This document shows positions 36,202 through 49,676 of a DNA stretch of 64,000 nucleotides, piece by piece. The first letter of the stretch is position 1; every line of letters begins with the position of its first letter. The position numbers and the translations under genes are program-made. The notes below the pieces were generated by a model, which saw only the letters and a program-made list of their open reading frames with translations, did not search any database and was not told the DNA's origin. Source of the DNA: Octopus sinensis (lineage: Eukaryota); the NCBI RefSeq assembly GCF_006345805.1, contig NC_043013.1, positions 5,208,001 to 5,272,000 of the forward strand. Reading direction: 5' to 3'.

Positions 36202-36232
<31 letters not shown>

Positions 36233-36245
36233 CATATATATATAC

Positions 36246-36280
<35 letters not shown>

Positions 36281-36308
36281 CAAACATATATATACATATA
36301 TATATATA

Positions 36309-36341
<33 letters not shown>

Positions 36342-36397
36342 CATACATATACATACATATATATATATACATATATATATATATACATATACATACA

Positions 36398-36431
<34 letters not shown>

Positions 36432-36572
36432 CATATATATATATACATATACATATATACATATACATATATATACATATACATATATATATATACATAT
36501 ATATATATACATATATATATATACATATATATATACATATACATATATATATATACATATATATATATATAC

Positions 36573-36635
<63 letters not shown>

Positions 36636-36666
36636 ACATATATATATATACATACTATATATATAT
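36040..36666. repeat. (TA/CA)n array
   Basis: Direct reading. Confidence 0.95.
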
Positions 36667-38149
36667 GATTGATTGATTGATTGATTGATTTTAGTTTCAG
36701 CTTATGAGCTGTGGCCATGCTGGGGCACCGCCATTTGGTGTTGCTACTTGGTTTCACTTCATGGAGGCTTTCTAGCAACTGCCATTTGGTGCATGAGAGA
36801 GTTCGATGCAGCTGCCCTCATCTGCACCTCCTGCCGTGAAGTTGGTTCATCTGGGACACCTGACAGGAAGAGATCCAGCTCCATTTTAAAGACATCTGTA
36901 TCCACCCCATGCAGGTCTCTCAGGTTCTTTGGGAGGATATTGAAGAGCTGTGGGCCTCGGAAGCCCAGGCTATCACAGAATCTTGTCCTACATCATGATG
37001 GCAAGTTTGGAGTCCTAGGCACCACGCAGTGGCGCCCAGTTCTGGCATTTGCGTAACTCTCGATGCCAAAGTTCAGGACACTTCCCTCCAGGATCTTCCA
37101 GATGTATATTATGGCATATCTTTCCCGCCTACGCTCCAGGGAATATAATTTTAATCTCTTGAGTCTTTCCCAGTAGCTTACATTCTGCATAGAGGCTATC
37201 TTCTTCGTGTAGCTTCGTTGGATCGCCTCAAGTTCTGTGATCAACTTGACACTGGATGGTGACCATAGCTGAGAGCAATAGTCAAAGTGGCTTAGGACAA
37301 GTGTCTTCCAGAGGACCATCATGGTTTCTTGTTCTCTTGTTCTAAAGGTTCTAAGAATCCATCCAGCCAGCCGTCTGCATTTCATTGTCAGTTTAGCAAC
37401 ATGTACATGAAAGGTCGCGTCATCACTCATGTGAATACCCAGGTCACGCACTGATTGTGCCTCTGGGATTGCAATCCCTCCGGGTCCAGTGTATTCCTTG
37501 GGTATTGCATTCAGTTTTGCATGCTGATAGTATAAAGCTTGAAACTTTTCAGCATTGAACTGCATGCTATTCTTTTCAGCCCACTTGTATATTTCGTCCA
37601 GCTCATATTGCAGGTGCTTAGTATCTTCAGGGTTCTGTATTGCCTGTGAAACTTTTGTATCATCTGCATAACTTGTGATCGTGGCTCTCCGCGTGGCTGA
37701 GGGCATGTCTGAGAGGGCCATTATGAACAGTAGTGGTCCCAAAACAGTGCCCTGTGGAACACCGCTCACTATTTAGGTGCTAATGGAATTGGCCCCATTG
37801 GCTACTACCACCTGACTTCTATTCTTCAGAAAATCGTGAAGCCATTCTCCTAGTTTTCCAACTATGCCAAGATCACGCAGTTTGTGACATATCATATCAT
37901 GATCGACTTTATCGAAGGCCTTTGCGAAGTCGAGATATATGACTTCCACATTTGAGTGGTTGAGCAGTTGTTTCAGCACCCAGTCATAGTGCTGCAGGAG
38001 CTGAGTTAAGCAGCTTCTTCCTGGTCGGAAACCATGTTGGGTGTCAGGCAGCAAGTCATTTTCTTCAAGGAAGGTGATTAGTTTCCTTCTGACTATTCGT
38101 TCCATGACCTTGCTGATGTGTGAGGTCAGAGAGATAGGTCTGTAGTTCT
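36667..38149 (-). mobile_element. Second copy of the CR1-group LINE, 5'-truncated, (AATC)n tail
   Basis: ORFs 37773..38105 and 36993..37769 (YLDFAKAFDKV, GVPQGTVLGP, YADD) are close in sequence to the 15461 copy, with internal stops. Confidence 0.93.
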
Positions 38150-38484
38150 GGAAAGCGGACGTTAAACGATGATGATGATGATGATACCTCTGCTGACGAC
38201 ATGCACAGCACTACAAACACGGGCCACACACCCACCTTCACATTCCATGACTATCATTGGGATCGATCAGATACCAGACAAGGATTCTGGATTATTTTTC
38301 CAGTTTTTTGACTTAATTCTTGAGATTGTTTGGATTCATTTTTAGTATTCTCGTTTGTGAGAGCAGTCGAGTTTATTTCAGATATTCTCATTTTAAAATA
38401 CATCTCCGGCTAATCATTGAGAGGACGTTGGGGTTGCCTTGGCAAAGGTTTGCACTCTCTGAGTGCTCTTGTTATTATTATTAT

Positions 38485-38714
38485 GGCAGCAAGCTGGCAG
38501 AATCGTTAGCATGCTGGACAAAATACTTAATGGTATTTTGTCCGTCTTTACATTCTGAGTTCAAATACCAAGGTTGACTTTGCCTTTCATCCTCTCGGGG
38601 TCAATAAATTAAGTACCAGTTACGCACTGGGATTGATATAATCGACTAGTTCCCTTCCCACAAATTTGAGGCCTTTTGCTTGTTGTAGAAAGAATTAAAT
38701 TATTATTATTATTA

Positions 38715-38753
<39 letters not shown>

Positions 38754-39314
38754 GGGCGGCGAGCTGGCAGAATCGTTAGCATGCCGGGCAAAATGCGTAG
38801 CCGTATTTCGTCTGCCGTTACGTTCTGAGTTCAAATTCTGCTGAGGTTGACTTTGCCTTTCATCCTTTCGGGGTCGATAAATTAAGTACCAGTTACACAC
38901 TGGGGTCGATGTAATCGACTTAATCCGTTTGTTTGTCCTCTCTGTGTTTAGTTCCTTGTGGGTAATAAATAAATAAATTATTATTATTATTATTATTAAT
39001 AATGATAAAAATAATGATAATAATTTCATTTATTGGCCACCAGGGCTGACATACAGGTGACAATACAGTAGACGTGGATAGTGAGGATTTTACACAAAAC
39101 AACAGGTACACAATTAAAACAATAACAATAATATCAAGCAAGAAGAATATGACAATGAAAGTTCCCCAATAGAGGGGTAACCACCTAGAGTTGGCTCAGG
39201 TACCCCACTGATCCTGAACCACTTGATGCTTCAAGGGCACCCAGGAAGGGCACTCTTCTCCCTCTCAAATTCACTAGCCTACAGGTGCATTATTAGAGTA
39301 GGTCCACTCAGATG

Positions 39315-39356
<42 letters not shown>

Positions 39357-39539
39357 AGGTGGCAAGCTGGCAGAATCGTTAGCACACCAGGCTTAGCAGT
39401 ACTTCATCAGTCTTCACGTTCTGAGTTCAAAATCCGCCGAGGTCAACTTTGCCTTTCTTCCTTTCAGGATCGATAAATTAAGTACCAGTGAAACACTGGG
39501 GTTGATGTAACTTCAGGCATTGTGCCTATAGCAGAAAGG

Positions 39540-39592
<53 letters not shown>

Positions 39593-40410
39593 TAAGGTGG
39601 TGAGTTGACAGAACCATTCGCATGCCTGGCAAAATGCTTAGCGGCATTTCGTCTGTCTTCACGTTCTGAGTTCAAAATCCACTGTGGTCGACTTTGCCTG
39701 TCATACTTCCAGGGTCAATAAAATAAATACCAGTTGACAATGTAATCGACTTCCCCCAACCTCAAAATTGCTGACCTTGTGCCAAACTTTGAAATCATTA
39801 TTTGCTATAATTGTCCTTGTTGAGATTTTTGTAACTTTTCCCAGTATCAATATTATGTTTTCCATAAATATTTTTATGATTCTTTTATCTCCAGCTCAAT
39901 TATTACTCAGCAGTTGTTGCAAGATATTGCTATGTTGCGTACGTGTGCCATTGTTCATTTGTTGTTGTGTGAACAAGTTTGTGTCAACCTGTCATTGTAC
40001 AGTACACAATTGCACTTACTGATATATAGATATGTGTGGGCAATTTCTATCACCCGGACACATTTTACAATGGCCTGCATTTAGAATCCAACTAATTCAT
40101 GTCTGTCCTACCAACCTTCGCTATAAGGACACAAAGATATGTTATCATTTTTTGCTCGCTGCAATGCAGGTCACAGACCACCTGTACCCATACTTGATTT
40201 AAAAAAATTTTTTTTCAATTCATCTTTATATTTTTTATTATCTTTACTACATTTTAAAAAATTAATATTACTCAAGTGCCACCCAGGTAGACTATGCCTT
40301 TCATCCTTTTGAGGTCCATAAAATGTATACCAGTTAAGCCCTCAGGTCAATTTAATTGACTAACCTCACCTCACACACACACTCCACAAAATTTGAAACT
40401 GTAGCTATAA
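38485..40410 (+). repeat. Cluster of five SINE family 2 copies separated by (ATT)n/(GTA)n
   Basis: All plus strand. The first four start right after a trinucleotide run. Confidence 0.8.
39024..39315 (-). mobile_element. 3' fragment of a Tx1-like LINE within simple-repeat tails
   Basis: 3' end TGTATGTCAGCCCTGGTGGCCAATAAATGAAAT resembles the ends of the two ORF1-only copies. Upstream frame weakly resembles a decayed ORF2 C-terminus. Confidence 0.5.
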
Positions 40411-40423
40411 TAGAAAGGATCAT

Positions 40424-41093
40424 GGAAAGACTTCCACCTATCCCCCCTCCCCCATTTTCTCCCAAATTTGTTGTGCATTTAAAAAATTTTTCTTGCCAAA
40501 AATTCCCATTTTCAGATATGGAGGTTCCAGAAAATTGCCAAAAATCAGCATTGTGAAAATTGCCGCCCCCCCCTTTCCCCCCTCAAACTTCTTCAAAATG
40601 ACTTTTTTCCGCAACACTAACCCTAAAACTGTAACCCTAACCCTAACCCTAAAACCCTAACCCTAAAACCTTAACCCTCAAACCCTAACCCTAAAACCCT
40701 AACCCTAACCTTAAAACCCTAACCCTAAAACCTTAACCCTAACCCTAACCCTAAAACCATAACTGTAAGTACAGAAATGTTTTGAAATTGTTGTTCGAAT
40801 CCTGATGTCTGTATTTTTCGGCATATTTACAAAAAATAAAAGTTCTTTAAAAAAAATTTTCCAAAGATTTTTGGAAATTTTTTTCAGAATCATAATCTCT
40901 GTATCATTCTGCATATTTTGAGAAAGAAAAAATTCTGAAAAAAAGTTAAAAATGAAGGAAATGTGGGTGGGTGGGGGAGTAATTTAGAAATGTCAATTTT
41001 TGCCAATTTTTTTGCAGATTCATATTATCTGTAGTCGGAAAAATAAAGTTTTAAAAGATGGCAGTTTTTGTGGGGACAGGCGGAAGTCTTGCC
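40424..41093. mobile_element. TIR element containing a telomere-like (CCCTAA/CCCTAAAA)n array at about 40616-40760
   Basis: 22-bp imperfect TIR GGAAAGACTTCCACCTATCCCC / GGGGACAGGCGGAAGTCTTGCC. A similar end occurs near 24680-24725. Confidence 0.6.
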
Positions 41094-41195
41094 AGGATTG
41101 TTATTATTGTTGTTGTTGTTGTTGCTAATATAATTATTATATGACATGTGGCCCTTATTATATGACATGTGGCCCTTATTATATGACATGAGTAA

Positions 41196-41530
41196 AGGCG
41201 TATGGCTCAGTGGTTAGAGCATCGAGCTTACGATTGTGAGATTGTGAGTTCAAATCCCGGACCGGGCTGCGTGTTGGGTTCTTGAGCAAGACACTTTATT
41301 TCATGTTGCTTCAGTTCACTCAGCTGTAGAAATGAGTTGCGACGTCCCAGGTCCCAAGCTGTATCGGCCCTTGCCTTTCCCTTGGATAACACTGGTGGCG
41401 TGGACAGGGGAGGCCGGTATGCACGGGTGACTACTGGTCTTCCATAAACAACCTTACCCAGACTTGTGCCGAGGAAGGTAAATTTCTAGGTGCAATCCCA
41501 CTGTCAATCATGACCGAAGGGGTTCTCAGC
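41196..41530 (+). mobile_element. tRNA-headed SINE family 3 (GGCGCATGGCTCAGTGGTTAGAGC...GAGTTCGAATCCC)
   Basis: A and B boxes clear. 5' part also at 24525-24660, diverged copy at about 43010-43290 (-). Flanked by ATGACATGTGGCCCT repeats. Confidence 0.8.
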
Positions 41531-42033
41531 ATGACATGTGGCCCTAAGGGCCCACTCTCCTTTTTCTTACCTTTTCTCCACCACATCACACTCCTCTCTC
41601 TCTTCCTTTTTCTTCCAGTCTATCCTCCTATAGTAACCCTACTGCTATTATTCACAAACTTATGTATACAAAGGCCTTTGTCTTTCTTCATGTCAGGTTT
41701 TGCCAAGTAATGTCAAAAAATGTGACTAGCAGCTTTTGTTGACGTGACTGAGTATTTTATGCCCATGTAACTGGTGTCTACAAATCTCACCAAACACATA
41801 ATATATATGTGTTTATATATATACAGTATAAAAAAAACATTACTTCTGACTATGTTTTCTGTGTTCCTTTTCTATATACAGCATGCAGACTTCATATTGT
41901 AGTCTATCTAGAGTTAGGAAGACTGTCTAAATACTTTGCAGATAGCAATTGAATATAGACCTGAAATTATTTGTTAATGTATTGTGCCTTTCAGCATATC
42001 TTTTCGACCATATATGAACAAAACCATATTATA

Positions 42034-42535
<502 letters not shown>

Positions 42536-43312
42536 ATATATAAAATTGTATGATATCCTTATTATCATGGCTCTAATATACTCTTAAATCCTGCAAAACA
42601 AATCTTCTGGGTTTTTTTCATCTTTGCTCTTTCTCTATTTACATCCACCACCTGTGTTTCCCCACTAAAATATTTTCTACCTGATCTTATGTGGGTGTAT
42701 GTTTGTACACACACACACACACACACATACATATATACGTATACTATATGCATTCTGCCTGACTGTCTTGTAGAAAGCACCCACTACACTCTCAGAGTGG
42801 TTGGCATTAGGAAGGGCATCTGGCTGTAGAAACCTTGCCAAATCAGATTGGAGCTTGGTGCACCCTCCTGGCTTGCCAGTTCTCAGTCCAACCGTCCAAC
42901 CCATACCAGCATAGAAAGCAGATGTTAAACAATGACGATGACGATGACGATGACGATGATGATGATGCAGCAGCAGCAGCAGCAACAACACACATTCACA
43001 CACGCACACGCAGCTCATGAAATTAACATGCATATGACTGAGCCCACTCGACGGACACACGTAACTTTGAGATGGTTCTCAGGGAGATTCAGTGTGACGC
43101 AGAATGTGACAAAGCTGACCCTTTTGTAATTACTGGTACGACTCACTTTTGCCAGCTGAGTAGACTGGAGCAATGTGAGATAAAGTGTCTTGCTCAAGAG
43201 CCCAACACACAACCAAGAATCTACGTCCTGACATTACAATTGTGAGCTGATTACCCTAACAACTAAGTCGCAGGACTTCACTTGTGTATATATGTATATA
43301 TATCCTTTTGTT

Positions 43313-43723
43313 ATTTTACTTGTTTCAATCATTTGACTGTTGCCATGCTGGAGCACTGCCTTAAGGGGTTTTGGTCGAAGAAATTGATCCTAGGACTTAT
43401 TCTTTGTAAGCCTAGAATTTATTCTGTCGGTCACTTTTGCTGAACCGCTAAGTTATGGGGAAATGAACACACCAGCATCAGTTGTCAAGTGATGGTACGG
43501 GAGGGGGCAAACACAGACACAAAGACACACATACATAAATACATACATATATATATATACATCGAGTTTCTTTCAGTTTCCGTCTACCAAATTCATTCAG
43601 AAGGTTTTGTTCAGCCTGAAGCTATAGCAGAAGACACTTGCCCAAGTTGCCACACAGCGGGACTGAACCCAGAACCATGTGGTTAGGAAGCAAGCTTCTT
43701 ACTACACAGCCATGCCTGTGCCT
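43313..43723 (-). mobile_element. SINE family 1 (diverged)
   Basis: Matches consensus. Confidence 0.8.
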
Positions 43724-43730
43724 ATATATA

Positions 43731-44126
43731 TCTTTATATATAAAAGAGAAGTTGTGTGTCTGTCTCCTACGATTTAGATTCCTAACTACTCCCACATTTT
43801 GCGGTGCAGTTTAACCAAAACTGGGTATCTTATAGTCGTGATTCATATCGAGCCCTTCTGGGTATTAGCGCACGTCTACGATGAGTCTACGATTTAAAAA
43901 AAATTTACCATCATTTTTTACCATTTTAATGCATTTTTCGCTATTATATAAGGGAAGTAACTCTCTAAAAATGTCTACGATGAGTCAACGATTTTTAAAA
44001 AAATTTACCATCATTTTTTTTCCATTTTTAATGCATTTTTTTGCTATTTTTTGGCTATAAGTCTCTAAAAATGCTTATATAGTTATTTCCCTTACAAACA
44101 CGAGCAACGCCGGGCGATACTGCTAG
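43731..44126 (+). mobile_element. Non-autonomous Helitron
   Basis: 5' TC after A, 3' hairpin (CGAGCAACGCCGGG) and CTAG|T. Inverted copy at 53580-53976, 5' part again at about 46890-47105. Confidence 0.75.
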
Positions 44127-45979
44127 TATATATATATATATATACACACACACACATATATATATACTAGCAGTATAGCCCGGCTTTGCTCGGGATTAAG
44201 TTAGGATTATTAAGCTAATCAAGCTCTTTATTTCAAACCAAACTAATTAACATCACTGACACGTGACCAGAGGGTAACTTTCTTTTCGACTGCTACCTTC
44301 AACAAGTCAACATGGCTTATCCTGTCCCTCTCATAAGCTGTCTCCTCAATGCGTTTAAAATAATTTTCCCATCGTCTTGGCTTAACAGCCCTCATCGTTT
44401 GTTTTTACTGTTTTGTTCTCTTTGCTCTGTCTTTTACTGTTTTTATTTGGATAGTTTTTACTGCCTTGTTTTGTTCTTCCTGTCCTGTTCTTGTTACCAC
44501 TTTTACCCCTCTGCAAAAAATCCCAAAATTTATTTAATTTGCTTTGCAGGAAGGACTGTTTCAACGAAGTCGCATCTTGTCCTTACCTTCGGAACGCGGT
44601 GTAGAAGAAACAGGGACAACTGAAGAAGGGGAATATTCCTTGTATTGCTTGTCTTGTACTCTGTTTTTTCGTTGTTTGAAAAAAAGTCCGTTTCCATGTT
44701 TTTGTTTTTATGTTTTCATTTCTCATTGTGTTCAACGTTTTTTTGGTGTCCTGTACCCATATATGCATGTATATATACATATAGACTAACTTAAGGTGAC
44801 CCGCTCTACGCGCGGATAAGAGTGTGGTTGTTATTTTTTGTTGCATCCTTTCGGCACGTAAAAAGCACCATCCAAACGTGGCCGGTGGCAGCGTCACCTC
44901 GACTGGCTTCTGTGCCGGTGGCACATAAAAAGCACCAACCGATCGTGGCTGCTGCCAGCGCCCCTCCCCCCGTGGCACCTGTGCCGGTGGCACGAAAAAA
45001 GCACCCATACAATCACGGATTGGTTGGCATTAGGAAGGGCATCCAGCTGTAGAAACACTGCCAGATCAGACTGGAGCCTGGTGCAGCCTCCTGGCTTCCC
45101 AGACCCTGGTCAAACTGTCCAACCCGTGCTAGCACGGAAAACGGACGTTAAACGATGATGATGATGATTCTCCTTCTTTGTTTCTCTCTCCTTACTCTCC
45201 CCCTTTCCCACTCTCTTACTCTTCCTTTCTCTCGGACTCTCCCTCGCCTTCTCTTACTCTCTATCTTTCTCTATCTATCTCTCTCCCATTTATAAACAAC
45301 AAAAGATCTTGAGTAAGTTGAGAAAGAAAGTAGTTTGAAAGATCAATCATAAATATCAGGCAGTGACAACGGAAAGGTCTGCTTCAAGGCAGAAAGCAAA
45401 ACACTAACATTTAAAAGGGACAGACGAACTTGCGAGCTGAATAAAACTAAAAAAATATTGGAAACCAAAGTTTGAAAGGATAGAATCTGAGGATAGTAGA
45501 GTCACCATGGCTGGCATTTCTTAATGACGGACAGTAACATAGTGGCAGTTTAACGGCTGGCATAAAATTTTGAACTTGATGTAAAAGAAAATTCCTAAAC
45601 ACCAAGCTTTGAAGTGATTCTTTCTCACAACAGTAGACTCACCATGGCAAGCATTTAAAACTTCTTTATCATGGACGGCAACACATTGACGATTAAAAGG
45701 CTGGCGCAAATTTTTTAGCTTGATGTAACAGAGAATTCCTAAACACCCGCTCCTGTAAATTTTAATCCCCTTCAAGCCCCATTTAGACCTCTTTTCACAT
45801 TTTGGTTAATATAACCCGATTTCATTCGGGTCTACTCGGGTCACATTTTATAGTATGAGGAATTTTGTCCTAGAGGTCACGCCTTTCATTTGAGGAAAAA
45901 AATAGTTGCCATGCAAACTCGCCAGCACTTTTAACATTGGTGTGGATATTTTCAGCACAACTGACCACATAATGCACAC

Positions 45980-46034
<55 letters not shown>

Positions 46035-46096
46035 GCATTATATATATGTGTGTGTGTGTGTACGCATTATATATACAAATTATATATATATATATA

Positions 46097-46818
46097 GAAT
46101 GTCCTGTCCGTTTTTTTGTGTCGTCTTCTAAATGTTTTGCGTTCTTGTCCCAGTTTGTGTTTTTTTACATTTATCCTTTATATGGCGGCGCCCGTACCCC
46201 CTTTTTGATATTGTATGTGAAATACATTTTTTCTCTAATACATGGTACAACTCTACAACACCGTCTCTCTCTCTCCCCCTCTCCTACATTTCTCTGCCTT
46301 TCACACTTTGCACTCCACTTTGACCTGCCTCTTTCTCTCTCTCTCTCTCCTCCTCCTTTGTTCCTTGTTCCCTTTTTTTCTCTCTTCCTCTGTCCTGCTC
46401 TTTTCACACGTGACTAACTTTGGACTGCTGTCCTGCCTTTTCGTGATACACATTTTATTTCTCTCTTCGCCTTTAGGCAATTTTTCAATGCACCTGCTCA
46501 AAGTTCACCTGTCCTGTCAAAAAGACGCCTGTCTGTAACATCCTGTTTTTGTTATTATTATTATCATTATTATTTTTACGTATTTTTGTATTCTTATTCA
46601 TTCCTGTCCTTGTTTTGTATACATTCGAGGCTTTCTTCCAAGGAATCTAATGCGCTTGGCTTAGATCTTCCTTTGGGGCTGGCCAGGTCGGAGCAATCTC
46701 AAAATTAATCAGTTTTTGACTGAAGATCGAAGGCTTCGAATGTCCCGTCCGTTTTTTTGTATCGTCTTCTAAATGTTTTTCGTTCTTGTCCCAGTTTGTG
46801 TTTTTTTACATTTATCCT
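46097..46818 (+). mobile_element. Element with ~81-bp direct terminal repeats (Penelope pseudo-LTR-like)
   Basis: 46097-46177 repeats at 46738-46818. No ORF; sits between (TA)n arrays. Confidence 0.55.
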
Positions 46819-46823
46819 ATATA

Positions 46824-46881
<58 letters not shown>

Positions 46882-47590
46882 TATATATAATATATATAAA
46901 ACTGTAGTTGTGTGAGTGTCTGTCCCCTTCGATTTAGATTCCTAACTACTCCCACATTTTGCGCTGCAGTTTAACCAAATTCGGGTATCTTATAGTCGTG
47001 ATTCATATCGAGCCCGTCTGGGTATTAGCACACGTCTACGATGAGTCTACGATTTTAAAAATAATTTAACATCATTTTTTTATTCCATTTTAATGCATAT
47101 TTTTTCGTATGTCGATGGCGGCGGAGTTGGCGTCCACGCTCACACCTGCACCTGTTTGCTTCTCCCCCTTCTTCCCTCCCTCGTGAAGCTGTGGGGAAGG
47201 GAGTGTAAGGAAATCAACGTCATAATGCGTTGTCAAGGAGACCAGCATTCTTTTAGAACGACTTCATGGCTTAAAGTCGCCAAAACAGATACATAAAAGA
47301 ATGAGAGTAGACTTGTCAAAGTGCGTTTTTGACCCTAGCAACGACACCTTTGCAGTATCTGGTCCCATATAATCCATCTACCAAATCCACTTACAAGGTT
47401 CTGATCAGACAAGTAGAAGACATTTTCCCAAAGTGCAGGACAGTGAGACTGAACCCAGAACCATGTGATTGGAGGAGTAAATTTCTTAGCCACACAACCA
47501 TACATTTAATTAAATTTTTTTTTTGTATTTATTTTTACAGCACAAATTCATATTTGGTTGTTCATTGTCAAGCTGCTACTTAATGAGAAA

Positions 47591-47725
47591 ATGGACGTTT
47601 ATCTATGGGGTGCAAAAAAACATTTATCAGAGTATTTTAAAGGTCAATACACCCTCCCCATGATTATAAAATCAACAGAAGGATATTATGGAAGTTCAGA
47701 AGAGACAACAATCGAAAAAGATCAG
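47591..47725 (+). CDS. Probable CABIT-domain protein, first coding exon (MDVYLWGAKKHLSEYFKGQYTLPMIIKSTEGYYGSSEETTIEKDQ)
   Basis: TTTTTACAG acceptor at 47540, ATG 47591, CAG|GTAAGT donor, phase 0. W...L.E....LP.I....EGYY motif resembles CABIT N-termini. Confidence 0.75.
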
Positions 47726-47906
47726 GTAAGTATTAAAAGCAAGTTTTTTATTATGTCTAGGAAGAGTCATTATGCCAATATTAATAACAAATGCATATGT
47801 GTTATAAACTCTTTGGAGACAGACCCTTATTGAAGTTCCAGCACCCTGTAGGTGGAGCCCTTTTCAGAAGCCCTACAGAGGGCATGCAGTTATTTCACCA
47901 AAAAAA

Positions 47907-48285
47907 TTAGGTGCAGGAGTGGCTGTGTGGTAAGGAGTTTGTTCACCAACCACGTTCTGGGTTCTGTTTGGCACCTTGACCAAGAGTATTCTACTATAGC
48001 CTCGAGCTGACCAAAGCCTTGCAAGTGGATTTGGTAAACAGAAACTGAAAGAAGCCTGTCGTATATATACATGTATATGTATGTGTGTGTATGCTTCCCC
48101 CCCCCCATCACTTGACAACAATTGCTGGTGTGTTTACATCCCTGTAACTTAACAGTTTAGCAAAAGAGACCGATAGATTAAGTACTAGGCTTACTATGAA
48201 TAAGTCCTGGGGTCAATTTGCCCGACTACAGGTGGTGCTCCAGCATGGCCACAATCAAATGACTGAAACAAGTAAAAGAATGACA
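47907..48285 (+). mobile_element. SINE family 1 (diverged)
   Basis: Matches consensus. Confidence 0.8.
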
Positions 48286-48859
48286 GAATGTAAGATTATA
48301 TATATTCTTGTAGGAAATAGAATGAACTAATACAGTATTCTTGATAGATTGGTCCTGTCATCTCCTCGGGGTTAATATTGGTAGTGAGTTGGGAGAATCC
48401 TCATCATATTGGGAAAAATGTCAATACATCTGTCAATACATTCTGAGTTCAAATTCCACTGAAGTCGACTTTGCCTTTCATCCTTTCAGGATCAATGAAA
48501 GAAATACTCATTGAGCACTGGAGTTGATGTAATTGAGTTACCCCGTCCCCCGAAGTTACCGGCCTTGTGCCAAAATTTGAAACCATTATTGGTGTAATGG
48601 AGGACAGTGAACTGGCAGGGTTGTTAGCAGACTGGGGAAAACCCTTAGTGGCATTTCATTCATCTCCACGTTCTGAGCTCAAATTGTGACAAGCCTTGTC
48701 CTTGCCTTTCATCCTTTTGGAGTCAGTAAAAGAAGTACCAGTGGGACACTGGGGGTTGATGTAATCTACTAACCTTCCCCTCCCCCAAACATGCTGGCCT
48801 TGTACCAAAATTTCAAACTAATATTAGCATACTGACTCTCTTTAGACACAACAAAATTT

Positions 48860-49357
48860 CAGTTCTATATTTAAGAGATGAGGAATTATGTACATTATTT
48901 ACATTTGACAGATATTTGTCCTCATCTTGTTCGTTATTAACACGTTTTGGCTGATATACCCTCCAGCCTTCATCAGGTGTCTTGGGGAAATTTCAAACCT
49001 GGGTTCTCATTCCTAAGATATTTTTTGATGTTATTATTTTTATTATTCAAGTCACTGCCTGGAATTGAACTTGGAATTTTGGGATTAGTTACCTGCACTC
49101 TTAACCACTACAGGCATATGGCATAGTGGTTAAGAGTGCAGGCTACTAACCCCAAGATTCCGAGTTTGATTCCAGGCAGTGATTTTAATAATGATAATAA
49201 TGATAATAATAATAACATTGAAAAATACCTTAAGAATGAGAACCCAGGTTCGAAATTTCCCCAAGACACCTGATGAAGGCTGGAAGGTATATCAGCTGAA
49301 ATGTTAGGTTAACAACAAACAAGGTGAGGACAAATATCCATTGAATGTAAATAATGT
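48860..49357. mobile_element. Palindromic element combining a tRNA-like head and a hammerhead-bearing Penelope-type tail
   Basis: Arms about 48889-49110 and 49124-49360. Direct repeat ACAACAAAATTT at 48848-48859 and 49358-49369. A box TAGTGGTTAAG, B box GTTTGATTCC. ACAC-CTGATGA-AGGCTG..CAGC(C/T)-GAAA at 49266-49301. Confidence 0.7.
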
Positions 49358-49676
49358 ACAACAAAATTTGTTTCAACACACAAATTCACATGAATCTTTT
49401 ATTTTACTTTTCTTTTTAACACTTTGAATCTAAGTTGACTGCATCAATCTAATCAGTCACAGAGGGGCTGAACACAGCCCCTTCTGTTTAAATCAATCAA
49501 GTTAATCTTTTGAACCTGCCCATTTTACCAGGTGCAGTTTCTTTTGATTTTACCCTCGAAGATGGGAGATTGGGTGGCCACATATTAGATATGGTCAGGA
49601 TATCTTTGAGAGCAGCAGTAATATCATTCCTGATACTCCCAATAGGGTCTCATTCAGTATTGTACTTAACCATTAA

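Noticed and set aside
36017-36778. Long ORFs rich in Y/I/C/M (also 12440-13640, 14849-15418 and others)
   Set aside because: Translations of (TA)n/(CA)n microsatellites.
40616-40760. Chromosome end or fusion site
   Set aside because: Short degenerate array enclosed by TIRs in mid-window.
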